64,000 nucleotides of DNA, from the NCBI RefSeq assembly GCF_009914755.1, contig NC_060926.1. One strand, written 5' to 3'. Source of the DNA: the human T2T-CHM13v2.0 reference genome, Homo sapiens. Within the stretch, counting starts at the first letter, position 1. The number at the start of each line of letters is the position of its first letter. Position numbers and translations under genes: made by a program. The notes beneath the pieces are model-generated. The model saw only the letters and a program-made list of their open reading frames with translations. It was not told where the DNA came from and made no database searches. Shown piece after piece: positions 13,685 to 35,210 of the stretch.

Positions 13685-14047
13685 CCTGTTTTATCTGCTT
13701 AGTGAATATTTTGTCATGAGAATGATATTAATATGGCCATGCTTGCTTTTTTGTTTGTTTGTCCAATGTATCTTTTTCCCTTTCTTCACATTCAGTTTGT
13801 CCGTATCTTTACATCTTAAATGTGTCTGTTTAAAAAGACATATAGCTAGGTTTTCTGTCTCATCTTTTTTTAGTTCTTTCTCCAAAAGCGTTTTCAGCGT
13901 AGGTCATCCTACAGTATATATTGAGAAAAATGTTTAGTATGCCCTCATATCTGAGTGACAATCTGCCTGGATATAAAATTATAATTTTCAAAAGAGTCAC
14001 CCTCACATACCCCAGCAGGGTCTATGTTCTGCCCTGATCATACCTTC

Positions 14048-14857
<810 letters not shown>

Positions 14858-15244
14858 TAATAGCCTGCCCAAAGTTAAACTGCCACCTCCACTTCTTTGC
14901 AGCTTTTAAATGACAGGGTTGCTCCAGGGAGTAGTTCTAGCTACATTTCAGAAATCACAGGATTTTGCTCTTGGCTTCAGCGGGAATGATGCTGGTATTT
15001 CTCCAGTAAGCTCCAGGAAGATCTCCACGTACATGGAACCCTCTCTTAAGCAATTTAAGTGAACTGCTGTGTGCGTAAAGAGGGTGGCCTATGTGGCTGT
15101 GTGTGCATTTGTTTGTGCATACACAGGACGCCCCTGGAAGGTTACACAAGAAACTAACACTATTGAGTGCCTTTGAGGAAGGTACCTGGGTGACTGGGGA
15201 CTGGAGTAGGGAATGAAGCTGTTCCATTGTTTTATAGCTCTTGA

Positions 15245-15567
<323 letters not shown>

Positions 15568-16723
15568 CCTTGGAGTCCTTTTGATAAGAACACTAATCCC
15601 ATTCATGACAGCTGTATGCTTATGACCTAATCACCTCCCAAAGTTCCCAACTCCTAATACCATCACATTGGTGATTAGGATTCAACACATTACTGTGGGG
15701 GGACATAAACATTCAGATCATAGCAGGATGAGAGCAGCTCCCTCTCACCTCCCACTCTGGGACTGTGCTTCTGGAGAAGAGTTGGCTGGGGATGCCCTTC
15801 ACATGGGACAGAGAGTGGATTGGGAAGGAACTGTCATCCTCCTGAGCATTAGGGACCTCCTTCCCCAACATATTTGATATTCCTGTTGTCATGTTTTATC
15901 TGTTCAGGTAAAGCTAATGATTGTCCTCTTACAATGGCAAACAACAAAGAAGAAATATCACCCCATATCTCCAAGGGCCTAATCTCTGGCAGCCTGCCAA
16001 GATGTAGGATTGGAAGCTGAGGAAAAGGGGGCGTGCATCCTGGAACAGAGCAGATGCAGATACACAGAGTTGAGCTGTTCTCCGACTCTTCTGTTCCCAG
16101 GGCCTCCTCCTAGAGAAAGCCCAACTCCTGTGGATTATACCAAGCCTTGCTCAAGTGCAAGCTCTCCCTGGCTCCTGATCCTCCTGGTGCCAGGCTCGCC
16201 CTTTACAGCCACAGTTATTTTCGAATGCATCACCCGTATAATCTTCCTATGTCTATCTCCCCTACAGACACTCAAAATGGCCTCTAGTCACTAAGAGGAA
16301 GAGGACAGTGACTGACGTCTGGCCACAGGGGTACCCTGGGGTGGGAGCTGCCGTTGTTCACTACAGCAAGGTGGATGTTTTCATTATCTTTGTACCCCCA
16401 GTACTCAGGGAGTATTCCGGGAGCATAAAGGACTCCTCTTGGGTTTCCCATCCTAATGGGGCTGTCCGTCCTGCCCCTTCCCTTATGGACCAGGATTAGG
16501 GAGCGTGGACTGCTGCACTGGGCACGAACAGGTGTAACCAGAGAAATTAGACACGCGGCCAGCTTCCCGGGCCTGGCCTCGTTGGAGACATCCCCCACTC
16601 TCCCTCCTTTTCCCACCCCCATCCACCCATTTCTGGACCCTAGGGAGCCATAGCCCACCACCCGGGGTGCCTGCGCAAGGAAGTCGGCGAAGAGCGAAAC
16701 CCCTCGGTGCTGTAAGTTTGCGA

Positions 16724-16738
16724 CCAGCAGAGGGCAGC
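16724..16738 (+). promoter_or_regulatory. Strong candidate CTCF site in a small CpG-rich island (~16440-16960)
   Basis: CCAGCAGAGGGCAGC is a perfect match to the CTCF core consensus. Confidence 0.7.
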
Positions 16739-17569
16739 ACAAGGCCGCTTCCCTGGAGGTGGCCGGCAGGACAGCTGCAGCACTACTGGAGGCGGGCGGG
16801 CACCGACTGGCGGCGGCCAGGGTAGGAGAGCCCTGTCAGTGTGAAATTAGCCTGAAGACTGGGGCGTGGTATTAGTGCGTACGCCAGGGGCACGTCCCGG
16901 TCCCTGACACCCAGGACACTGTCGTTACCGCCGCCTTCCTCCATCAGTGTGGTACCAAGGGCCGTGTGGTGCAGTGATGGGGGCACAGGCTCTGCCATGA
17001 GGCTGAAAGGATGTTTCCACTCCACCGTTTACTGTGTGGCGTTGGGAAAGTTACCTGACCTGTCTGAGCCTCAGCTTCCCCATCTATTACATGGGGTAAT
17101 ACGGCCCACCTCACTGGGTCGTTAGGGAGCTCATAGGCACACCGGTAAGTGCTTAATATTCACCTTCATCAGCACTTTTCTTATTGCGTCATAATTGCCC
17201 AACTGTGTATCTCTCCTTGTACAGGTTTCCTTAGCACTTGTGGGAGATTATGTTTGGGATCTATATCCAGGAGTGGAATTTCTGGGTCACATGGCATGAA
17301 AAAGTTCCCAGATGCCTGAGCTGCCTGGTCCTCAGGAAAAGGAGGGTGGGGCAGGGGGGTGTCTCCAATCTCAAAATACCTGTCAGGCATTTTGGGATTA
17401 CAGTGCCCAGCCCCGTCCCTCATCAAAGTAACTGCTCCGTGAGCTGTTGTGAAGCCAAGCTGAGTGGGAATGAGGTTGCCACAGCTCTACACTGGGCGCT
17501 ACACAGCCCCTGGCTGACCTCAGACCCTGTCCAGATCTCCTCAAACTCCAGCCCCTTGGAGCCCCCTGG

Positions 17570-18067
17570 TGTTGGGAACAAGACCCCCCAAATCTGGCCA
17601 TAAACTGGCCCCAAAACTGGCCATAAACAAAATCTCTGCAGCACTGTGACATGTTCATCATGGCCATAATGCCCACACTGGAAGGTTGTGGGTTTACTGG
17701 AATGAGGGCAAGGAACACCTGACCCACCCAAGGCAGAAAACCGCTTAAAGGCATTCTTAAGCCACAAACAATAGCATGAGCAATAACTGCTGCAGTTAAC
17801 TAGCCCAACCTATCCTTTAATTCGGCCCATCCCTTTGTTTCCCATAAGGGATACTTTTAGTTAATTTAATATCCTATAGAAACAATGCTAATGACTGGCT
17901 TGCTGTTAATAAATATGTGGGTAAATCTCTGTTTGGGGCTCTCAGCTCTGAAGGCTGTGAGACCCCTGATTTCCCACTTCACACCTCTATATTTCTGTGT
18001 GTGTGTGTGTCTTTAATTCCTCTAGAGCCACTGGGTTAGGGTCTCCCCAGACGAGCTGGTCTCGGCA
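17570..18067 (+). mobile_element. MER9 solo LTR (HERV-K HML-3/HERVK9)
   Basis: TG...CA termini. Start tgttgggaacaagacccccaaatctggccataaactggcccc recognised as MER9. Internal AATAAA. 5-bp TSD CCTGG at 17565-17569 and 18068-18072. Confidence 0.88.
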
Positions 18068-18292
18068 CCTGGGTAGCCCAAACTTCTCTTGCTGTGTGAA
18101 AGGAAGGGCTGTTCCCTCCCCAAGCCCACAGTGGTCCTCACCCACCTTGGGGGTTTGGGCCACCTGAGAGTGCCTGCCCAGGGCCTGGGTCTCCATGAAC
18201 TTCTGTGTCTCTGTCTCTGTAGGTGCTTGTTTCTGTGACTGAGGTTGGGGATTCCTAAAAAAGAAATAAGACCCCCCCATCTCTTTCTGGCT

Positions 18293-18594
18293 TCTTTTTT
18301 ATTTCTTAGAGACAAGGTCTCTCTCTCTGCCACCTAGGGTGGAGTGCAGTGGCACAATCATAGCTCACTGGAGCCTCAAACTCCTAGGCTCAAGTGATCC
18401 TCCCACCTAAGCCTCTCAAGTAGCTGGGACTACAGATGCACATCACCACACCTGCTAATTTTTTTAAGTTTTTTGTGCAGATGGGGTTTCACTGTGTTGC
18501 CCAGGCTGTTCTCAAACTCCTGGCCTCAAGCCATCCTCCTGCCTTGGTCGGTCAAAGCACTGGGATTATAGGCATGAGCCACCTCATATGGCCT
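18293..18594 (-). mobile_element. AluJ
   Basis: Antisense dimeric Alu. Confidence 0.88.
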
Positions 18595-20194
18595 TCTGTC
18601 TCCTTCTTTAACAGCCAGCAGTTGGTGCATATAATTAGTCCTCAATTCTTCCTCAAAGAAAACAAGTTTGAAGCTCAGCCCAGTTGCCCCAGCCTGCACC
18701 CAAAGAAAATGTTACTTTTCTTCTCACTGCACAGCCCCACATAGGCTCGGCCCAAAGGGGAACAGGATGGAGTCTCCCCAGGGAGTGTGGGCTGCCTCCC
18801 TGAGGGAGTGCTGGAAAGAGAGACATGTCCTCTTCGGTAGGAGATAGCTGGTGAGAGAGCGATCCTGGGAACCGTCCCCTGGATAGTTCTGTGCAGCTGA
18901 CCTGAGGCCAGGGAGCCCTAGCACTGTCTTCTCCCTCATGGCCCAGAGACAGGGAAAAAAATCTGTAAGAATTAGCTCAGGGTAATTTTTTCAGTCCCCA
19001 TTTACCTTCTGAGCCAGGTAACCTTATGCAATGCACAACGTGCCCAACTGTATATGGCAGAAACTTACATCCTCGCGCTTCCATAGGAAGTAAGATCTCA
19101 GACTGTAAAGAAGACTGCGACCAGGCAGGTGTCCACTTGTCCACCCTTGCTCTCTGGGGCCATCAGGGGAAGGTGGTGGTCAATGTTCCTGTGAAAAAAT
19201 ACTGCTTACTCCTGTCAGTGGACCCACAATTCCCTTGTTGCTCCTTCCAGAGCAGCTGCCTCTGGGCCTGATGGTGTCTACAGAGCAGTTTCAGGAAACC
19301 TGTGTCCTCCCTTTCCACTGCCTGGCACGTCCCAGCCAACATGGCTGACTACCCACCTGTGCTCAGCATTGTCTCCTGGCAACTGTCCTTATTACCTAAC
19401 TCCAGCTTCAATGTCTCTTCCTATTTCTCAAATCAGGAACACTTCTCAGTGATACCTATTTTCCTCCCAAACTGTGGTCTCTGACTGAGTCCCTGGTCTC
19501 CACCACAGACTTGATGACACTCTTACATATGGCTAAATATGGCGTCCTCAAACACGCATGCTAAACTAAAAACACCACTTCTAAAAATTTATCTGAAGAA
19601 ATTCTGGCACAAGTGCAAAGATGTATGTTTAAGGAGGGTTATGGGAGAATTCGTTTGTGGTAGTGAAAAACCTCTGAAGACTCCAGATGCCTATTAATAG
19701 GGAAATGGCTTAATACTTTATGGGTCACTCAAGCTATGCACTTCCATGCAGCTGATAAAAAGCTTTCCAAGATGTTTAAAGGGCTGGAGGTTGGGAGGGT
19801 TGGAAAACAATACGAACAGTCAGAGCCCTTATAGGTTTTAAGAAAATAGAGGACTACATGCAGCTAAATGCATAGACCTGGAAAAGCCAAGGGCCAATAA
19901 GCATTTGGGTGGATGCTCAAGATCATTGGTAATTTCCAGAGATGTGGAAATTAGAGCAACAAAATATCCCTTGATGCCTAGCTGACTGGCAAAAACTCAA
20001 GAGTGGGAAAATACCAAGTTGACAGTGGAGGGGATGTGTGGATACACAAAACTACGTGCACATTGGTGAGTGTAGACTGGAGCAGCCATTCTGGACAGCA
20101 AGCTGACAATATTTAGGCAAGTTAGATGTTTCTAGTGACCCAGAAACTCTACTCCTGGTATAGATCCCAAAGATATTTTCCCACAGATGCTTAG

Positions 20195-20517
<323 letters not shown>

Positions 20518-20564
20518 TGTTATGGCATTATTTGAGGAGGCAGGGGAGTTATTGGAACCACCTA

Positions 20565-21068
<504 letters not shown>

Positions 21069-21983
21069 TCATTGGGACTGGTTGGACAGTGGGTATAGCA
21101 CTCGGAGGGCGAGCTGAAGCAGGGCGGCTCACCCAGGAAGCGCGAGGGGTCGGGGGATTTCCCTTTCCTAGCCAAGGGAAGCCATGACAAACTACCTGGA
21201 AAAACGGGACACTCTCACCCAAATACTGTGCTTTTCCCAAGGTCTTAGCAACTGGCAGATGAGGTGATTCTCTCCCGTGCCTGGCTTGGCAGATCCCATG
21301 CCCACGGAGTCTTGCTCACTGCTAGCGTGCAGTCTGAGATCCATCTGCGAGGTGGCAGCCTGGCTGGGGGAGGTGCATGCACCATTGCTGAGGCTTGAGT
21401 AGGTGAACAAAGCGGTCAGGAAGCTCAAACTTGGTGGAGACCACTGCAGCTCAACAAGGCCTACTGCTTCTAGACCCCACCTGCATGGACAGGGCATAGC
21501 TGAACAAAAGGCAGCAGACAACTTCTGCAGACTTAAATGTCCCTGTCTGACAGCTCTGAAGAGAGCAGTAGTTCTCCCAGCACGGCGCTTGAACTCTGAG
21601 AATGGACAGACTGCCTCCTCAAGTGGGTCCCTGACCCCCGTGTAGCCTAACTGGGAGACACCTCGCAGTAGGGACCAACACGCACCTCATATAGGCAGCT
21701 GCCTCTCTAGGACAAAGCTTCCAGAGGAAGGATCAGGCAGCAATATTTGCTGTTCTGCAATATTCACTGTTCTGGAGCCTCCGCTGGTGATACCCAGGCA
21801 AACAGGGTCTGCAGTGGAACTCCAGCAAACTCCAACAGACCTGCAGCTGAGGGACCTGACTGCTAGAAGGAAAACTAACAAACAGAAAGGAATAGCATCA
21901 ACATCAACAAAAAGGTCATCTACACCAAAACCCCATCTCTAGGTCACCAACATCAAAGACCAAAGGTAGATAAAACAACAAAG

Positions 21984-23007
21984 ATGGGGAGAAACCAGAG
22001 CAGAAAAGCTGAAAATTCTAAAAATCAGAGTGCCTCTTCTCCTCTAAAGAATTGCAGTTCCTTGCCAGCAACAGAGGCAAAGCTGGATGGAGAATGACTT
22101 TGACAAGTTGACAGAAGTAGGCTTCAGAAGGTCTGTAATAACAAACTTCTCCGAGATAAAGGAGGATGTTCGAACCCATTGCAAGGAAGCTAAAAACCTT
22201 GAAAAAAGATTAGACGAATGGCTAACTAGAATAAACAGTGTAGAGAAGACCATAATAGCCTGATGGAGCTGAAAACCATGGCACAAGAACTTTGTGATGC
22301 ATGCACAAGTTTCAATAGCTGATTCAATCAAGTGGAAGAAAGGATATCAGTGATTGAAGATCAAATTAATTAAATAAAGCAAGAAGAGAAGTTTAGAGTA
22401 AAAAGGTAAAAAGAAACAAACAAAGCCTCCAAGAAATATGGGTCTATGTGAAAAGACCAAATCTACATTTGATTGGTGTACCTGAAAGTGATGAGGAGAA
22501 TGGAACCAAGTTGGAAAACACTCTTCAGGATATTATCCAGGAGAACATCCCCAACTTAGCAAGGCAGACCAACATTCAAATTCAGGAAATACACAGAACA
22601 CCACAAAGATACTCCTCAAGAAGAGCAACCCCAAGACACATAATTGTCAGATTCACCAAGGTTGAAATGAAGGAAAAAGTGTTAAGGGCAGCCAGAGAGG
22701 AAGGTCGAGTTACCCAGAAAGGGAAGCCCATCAGACTAACAGCAGATCTCTCAGCAAAAACCTTACAAGCCAGAAGAGAGTGGGGGCCAATATTCAACAT
22801 TATTAAAGAAAAGAATTTTCAACCAGAATTTCATATCCAGCCAAACTAAGCTTCATAAGTGAAGGAGAAATAAAATCCTTTACAGACAAGCAAATGCTGA
22901 GAGATTTTGTCACCACCAGACCCGCCTTACGAGAGCTCCTGAAGGAAGCACTAAGCATGGAAAGGAACAACTGGTACCAGCCACTGCAACAACATGCCAA
23001 ATTGTAA
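21984..23007 (+). pseudogene. L1 ORF1p remnant (disrupted)
   Basis: ATG GGG AGA AAC start. ORF-track fragment KRPNLHLIGVPE...RHIIVRFTKVEMKEK...PIRLTADLS. Internal stops and frameshifts. Confidence 0.9.
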
Positions 23008-23070
23008 AGACCATCAATGCTAGGAAGAAACTGAATCAACTAACAGGCAAAATAACCAGCTAACATCATA

Positions 23071-26930
<3,860 letters not shown>

Positions 26931-27145
26931 ACAACGAGATCACTTGGACACAGGGTGGGGAACATCACACACCGGGGCCTCTCAGGGTGTGGGGGGTTGG
27001 GGAAGGGATAGCATTAGAAGAAATACCTAATGTAAATGATGAGTTGATGGGTGCAGCAAACCAACATGGTACATGTATACCTATGTATCAAACCTGCATG
27101 TTATGCATATGTACCTAGAACTTAAAGTATAAAAAAGAAAAAAGA

Positions 27146-27465
27146 AGTGAAGCCTGAAGATGTGACTGAATTGCTGCAATCTCATGATAAAACTTGAATG
27201 AATGAGGAGTTGCTTCTTATGGTTGAGCAAAGAAAGTGGTTTCTTGAGATGGAATCTACTTCCAGTGAAGATGTTGTGAACATTATTTGCAATGGCAACA
27301 AAGGGTTTAGAATATTACATACACTTAGTTGATAAAGCAGCAGCAGAGTTTGAGAAAACTGATTCCAATTTTGAAAGAAGTTCTATCGTGGGTAAAATGC
27401 TGTCAAACAGCATCTCATGCTACAGAGAAATCTCTCATAAAAAAAAGAGTCAATTGATGTGGCAA
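27146..27465 (+). mobile_element. Tigger1 DNA transposon internal fragment
   Basis: cctgaagatgtgactgaattgctgcaatctcatgataaaact...gagcaaagaaagtggtttcttgagatggaatctac...gaaagaagttctatcgtgggtaaaatgc. Confidence 0.85.
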
Positions 27466-27843
27466 AAAAAATACAATTTTTTATATATATATATAGTTGC
27501 TCTTCCCTTCCTGAAAATGTCATCCAAAAGCCATTAGGTAGGGCCAAGCAAGGTAAGCATCCCCATAAGGGAGAGTGTCTGCCATGGTGAATCCGCATGG
27601 GTGTGTTGGGATCCAAGCAGGGAGACATCCACACAGTGTCAGCATCAGATACCTCAGCCACAGTGGGGTGAGCAGAGTCTCCTCAGTGGGGGTGGGGCAC
27701 AGAGAGGCAATGCAGCCACAGGAAACTCGTTACACACCAGGAAACTGATCAAATATACATACTGAGGAAAATAGGAGACAGATTTCTCACTGTTCGAGAA
27801 GGTAGCATAAATACAGAAAAGAAGAAAACTAGAAAAAGCTCTT

Positions 27844-30683
<2,840 letters not shown>

Positions 30684-32499
30684 TAAATACACTATTTTTA
30701 AAACAGACTAGGGAGGGGAGCTGCCGAAACAATCCCCAAACTTCTCACTTCACACTTCTGAGGAATGAGATGGGGTAGAAGTAGGGACAAGCATGAAGGG
30801 AGGTGTCATGTTTTATCTTTATCTTTTGGCACTGTTTGAACTTTTATTATATAAAATACAACCACATAAACAAATATGTAATTTTTTAATACAGACAAAA
30901 AAATGATGGAACATCTATATAATGTTACCAAGACAGCTGCTAGGAATGAGATAGAGCTACTTCCATTAACATGTAAGAAAACTATGACCTATTTTTTTAA
31001 GGCAATTTGCAGAGTGGCAGGGAATATAAATCATTGTTGCAAAAAACATCTAAATAGTTCACATACGCAACGTAGTAACTATAAGCCATGCTACTTCTGC
31101 ACAGAGGATTAAGGAAGGACTTGTAGACACTTGTCTGATTATTTTATGAGTTTGTGTTCACTTATAATCTTTAAATTAATCTTATGTGAATATATTCTTA
31201 TTAAAAAATCAAATAATATATGTATTGCTTTTATGATTTAAAATACATATTACTGTGGTTTAGAGAAGAAATTGTTTCTTAAAGGACAATTCCTATTTCT
31301 TTCTTCAGCCTCAAGAGTCAGAAGGCAAGACAATTAGTATTTTTAAATAAGGAAATGTAAACTAGTTTTCAGTAAAACATAATTTACAACAATAATGATT
31401 ATGTAATCATGCCTCTATTAATACAGCAACCGTTTAAAATAATGCAAATGCACAATAACCAGGCTGTCTGTTTCCAATTTCCTTGGACTGGATGGCGAGA
31501 ATCCCACTTTCCTGGACTTTTCCACCCACATTTATGATCCCTCGCAGCGTATAACCACTACGTACCTCTCCAAACCCAACAAACTTTGCAGCCTGCGCAG
31601 ACAAAGGTTTCTATGTTTCTCTCTCCATTTCTACTTGGCAAACCCCTGCCTGGGGCTGTACTCGGGAGTCACCTTCACTTCCTTGCTAAGTCAGGTGAAG
31701 CCTTACCTGACTTTCTCCAGGCTGGGGAAAGAACCCCCACACCCCTCACCCACTCCCCGGCTCCCATTGCCTCTTCTTTCCTCTCCCTACCGTGCTGCCC
31801 ACTTTGCGCGGTAATTTTTGCTCCAAGGGCCTGCCTCCCAGAGGCTTGGGGTGCAGGGAAAGTGCTCTAAGGGTGGGACTGATTTAGTCTGGACATTCCT
31901 GACCGGTAGCACCACGCCCATAATGACCCGAAAATAAATGCCTGCGTAAATTGCTTTGGGAAGCGGTTGGGCAATTTATTAAGAGTAGTGAAAATGTCCC
32001 CTTCCTGCTGAAACAGTAAGAATCTTGAAGAAATAATCCTCCCCAAAGGAGAAAACTATATACACGAAGATTTTAGGTTGTGTATTATTTTCATACAGAA
32101 AAACTGGACACGGAAGAATATCAAGTAATTGAACGGTTAAGTAAATTACACAGTAACATAATAGAGCATTACTCGGCCATTGAAAAGTATACTTATGAGG
32201 ATCATAGTACATAGCAAATACTGAAGTGTGGCCTCAAGTAGAAAAGACTGAATACAAAACTACATGTTCACCAGGACTAACATTATGCAAAATAAAGATG
32301 CACATTTAAAAAAAAAAAAAAAAAAGACTGAGTCTTTTAGGGGTAGCACGGGGATATTTTTCCTGCTTTCAATTCTATTATTGCTGTTCTAGCCATGCGA
32401 ACAGTGCACAGAGGTTGGAAGTGGCGTCAAGAGGAGTCTTACCATTGTGTATATGACTGTAAAACTGAGAAAAAGAAGGTAATATCAGCCTGGGGAATG

Positions 32500-33510
32500 C
32501 ATTTCTAATGGCGGGACTTCCTGCACCTTGACCTGCCAGTCGGGGTTGTGGCCCGGCAGTGGCATTCCCAGGGGGTCTCAGAACAAAACGACGGCCACAG
32601 AGTCCACCTGGACAAAAGGGCAGGGAAGGGGCCCCTCGCCCTTGACCCCTGGGCTCTGCTCCGGCCACCCTGAGCCGAAGGCTGTTTGGGTGAATGCGTG
32701 GGGTTTCTCCGGCGATCGATCCCTTTGGACTGGCTTCCCCACTAGCAACCTGCGCGTCCCCACCAGAACCAGCCGGCTGGCCGAGCGAAAGCCCGGTTTC
32801 GGGAGACCTTGCGGGGAGAGCAGCTGGCCCTCGCCCACCGGGCCGCGCTTTGTCTAGGGCGCGAGTCCGCCCGTTTCCGGCCCCGCCCCTCGCCCTGGTC
32901 CCAGTCCGCCCCTCCCCCTACCCGGCTGCCGCGTCTCCGCTCCCGCGCTGCCGGCTTCCGCGGCTTCCCCCACTTCTCAGCCTGCTTCTCTCTCCCCTCT
33001 CCTTCCTTTCCTGTCCTTTCACACTCGCGCCCCAGCCCCCGTCACCATCTACCCCAAGGACTTGCAAACTTCGCCCCTGAGGAGCGGACTCTTCGGTTCT
33101 CCGTGGAAAATCAACCAGACCCAAAACAGAGGTCCCGGGTTTGGGGATACCACGCCGCGCGCCTGAGCATCCGGGCTCCATTTCTCCAGGCGACATCTGC
33201 GGGAAGGGAGACCTAAAGGCCAAGGCTGGGGACGAGAGGCAGGTGCCTGGAGTAGTGGACGGTGGAAATGGCGACGGCGGCCTGCACCCAGCGATCCCGA
33301 AAGTGCCCATGTATCCGTCCATCTGGGTTTTTTTTTTTCTTAGATCATCCACCAAGGCCGGGGTTTCCGAGTGAGGCGCCCACTTCGCATCCCACAGTAC
33401 CGCCAGGTGTGTTTCCCATGAGCTCTTTAAGAGAGAACCCAAGAGCTCTTTAAGAGAGAACCCAAATAATGTGTGAATACCTTCTCCAATAACTTCAAGT
33501 CAGAGGCTCA

Positions 33511-33551
<41 letters not shown>

Positions 33552-34750
33552 CTAAAACATATTTATTTCGTGGAAGAGCGTGTATCCCTCGGCTGTCCTT
33601 CCAGCTCTCCCTTGGTGCGTGTGCAGGACGCACAGAAGGGTGGAGTGTGGGTTGCGATTATTTTTACACAGAAGGTGTCACACTCTGGGATCTGTTCCGC
33701 AGGGAGGCCACAGGTGCCAGGAGACGCGGGAGAGACTGGCTCCTGCCAAGAACATTTCTTTGCATTGTTCAGTGCGGTTTTTTATTTTTATTTTTGACTG
33801 TTTGTTTGCCTAAGAGATGACTTCCCTTGCCAGAAAAAAAAAAGTGTTGTAAAAATAAAAGGAAACGGGATTACGATGTAAAAGACGAATAGATAAACCC
33901 GGTTCCGCAGATCTGCGGCGCGCGCGCCTGGCGACCTCGGATACATTCATTGAAGTTGCCGCGCACTCGTACCCGGGTTCACCTCGCCCCTCGCTCATTC
34001 CTCCCGACCAAGGCCCATGGTCAGAGGTGTCCTCGCCCCGCGGCCGTCAGAGGGCGCGGCCTACACTCGAATGCCGGCCGAGCCCTCCACGCGCTCGGAA
34101 CTTGGGCTTCCCGGTGCAGCCTCCCCGCGATCGCAATGCCCGCTGCCTTTCCCGAGCCCAGTCCGGAACCCGCCTCTCTCGGGGACCTTGACCTCGCGCG
34201 GACCTCGTCGCCTTGCTTAGCTCTCCCTGACCTGCTTTTGAACCCGCTAATCCCGTCCCGAACTCTCGCCCCGCGGCAATCCCTCGCCCCGGCCCTGGCG
34301 CGCTAATTCCCGCTGACCCCGCCGCCCCGCCGCCTCTCTCCGCTCGCGCGGCTGTGACCAGGATAAGGGCTTCCCGCCTCTGAGTGCAGGTGTGATCTGG
34401 AGCTCAGGCAACTACTGCCCCCGCATTGTCCCCAGCCCGCGCTCGCACCCCCAGGACCCAAGCAAAGCGTCTCTTGCCTCAAACATTCTGCCCTTCTCTT
34501 GCTTCCTCTTGTTTCCCTAGCATAATTCATGTCTTTCTTTAAGAAACCCATCGGACCCACAAAGATCAAAATCTTCGGTAACACACCAAACTGGCGACGC
34601 TGTGGGGAAGCAAGCACTCTCCCAAGTGGCTGGCGCGCAGTGAGGGCGCAGGAAAGGTAAGCAGGAGACCCGCCGCTAGGAGCCAGAGCCAGGCCGGCGA
34701 GGCGGGCAGGCAGGAAGAACCGCGGACAGGGCGACTTGATCTCATTTTTA
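32500..34750. promoter_or_regulatory. Upstream CpG island ~12 kb 5' of VAX2; probable lncRNA promoter (recalled position of LINC01143)
   Basis: High CpG density with several GC boxes (ccccgcccc ~32881) and no recognisable protein ORF. The lncRNA name is from memory of the locus, not from sequence. Confidence 0.7.
33512..33549. repeat. (CA)n microsatellite
   Basis: Perfect CA run inside the CpG island. Confidence 0.95.
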
Positions 34751-34906
34751 AAACCGGAGAGTGAGATGGGACGAGAGCTTGAGCTTCTAGGGATGGGGCT
34801 GAGATTCTGGAGAGACACCTGGTAGTCATTTCTTAATCTTTTGTGCTGCTTAGAATTTTTTCTTAGATGCATGTTTTCCTTTTAAAAGAAAAAGAAAAAA
34901 AAGAAA

Positions 34907-35210
34907 AGGCAGAGCGGGGTGGCTCACACCTGTAATCCCAACAGTTTAGGAGACCAAGGAGGGAGAAGCCCTAGCGGCCAGGAGTTCCAGATCAGCCTGG
35001 GCAACATAACGAGACCCTCGTCTCTGCAAAAAAAAATAAAAATAAAAAATTAGGCGAGTGTGGTGGTGCCTGCCTGTTGTCCTAGCTACTCAGGAGGTTG
35101 AGGCAGGAGGATAGCTTGTGCTTAGGAGTAGAAGGTTGTAGTGAGCCGTGATCGTGTCACTGCAACCAGCATGGGCGACAGAGTGAGACCTTGTCTCTTA
35201 AAAAAAAAAT
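34907..35210 (+). mobile_element. AluJ
   Basis: Diverged dimeric Alu. Confidence 0.87.

Noticed and set aside
19040-19350. Possible C-type lectin pseudo-exon given proximity to CD207/CLEC4F
   Set aside because: No WIGL/EPN/WND motifs found in the frames I read here or at 5500-5970.
32378-34872. Many 100-190-aa ORFs in the upstream CpG island
   Set aside because: Same GC artefact; overlapping in all frames, no homology recognised.
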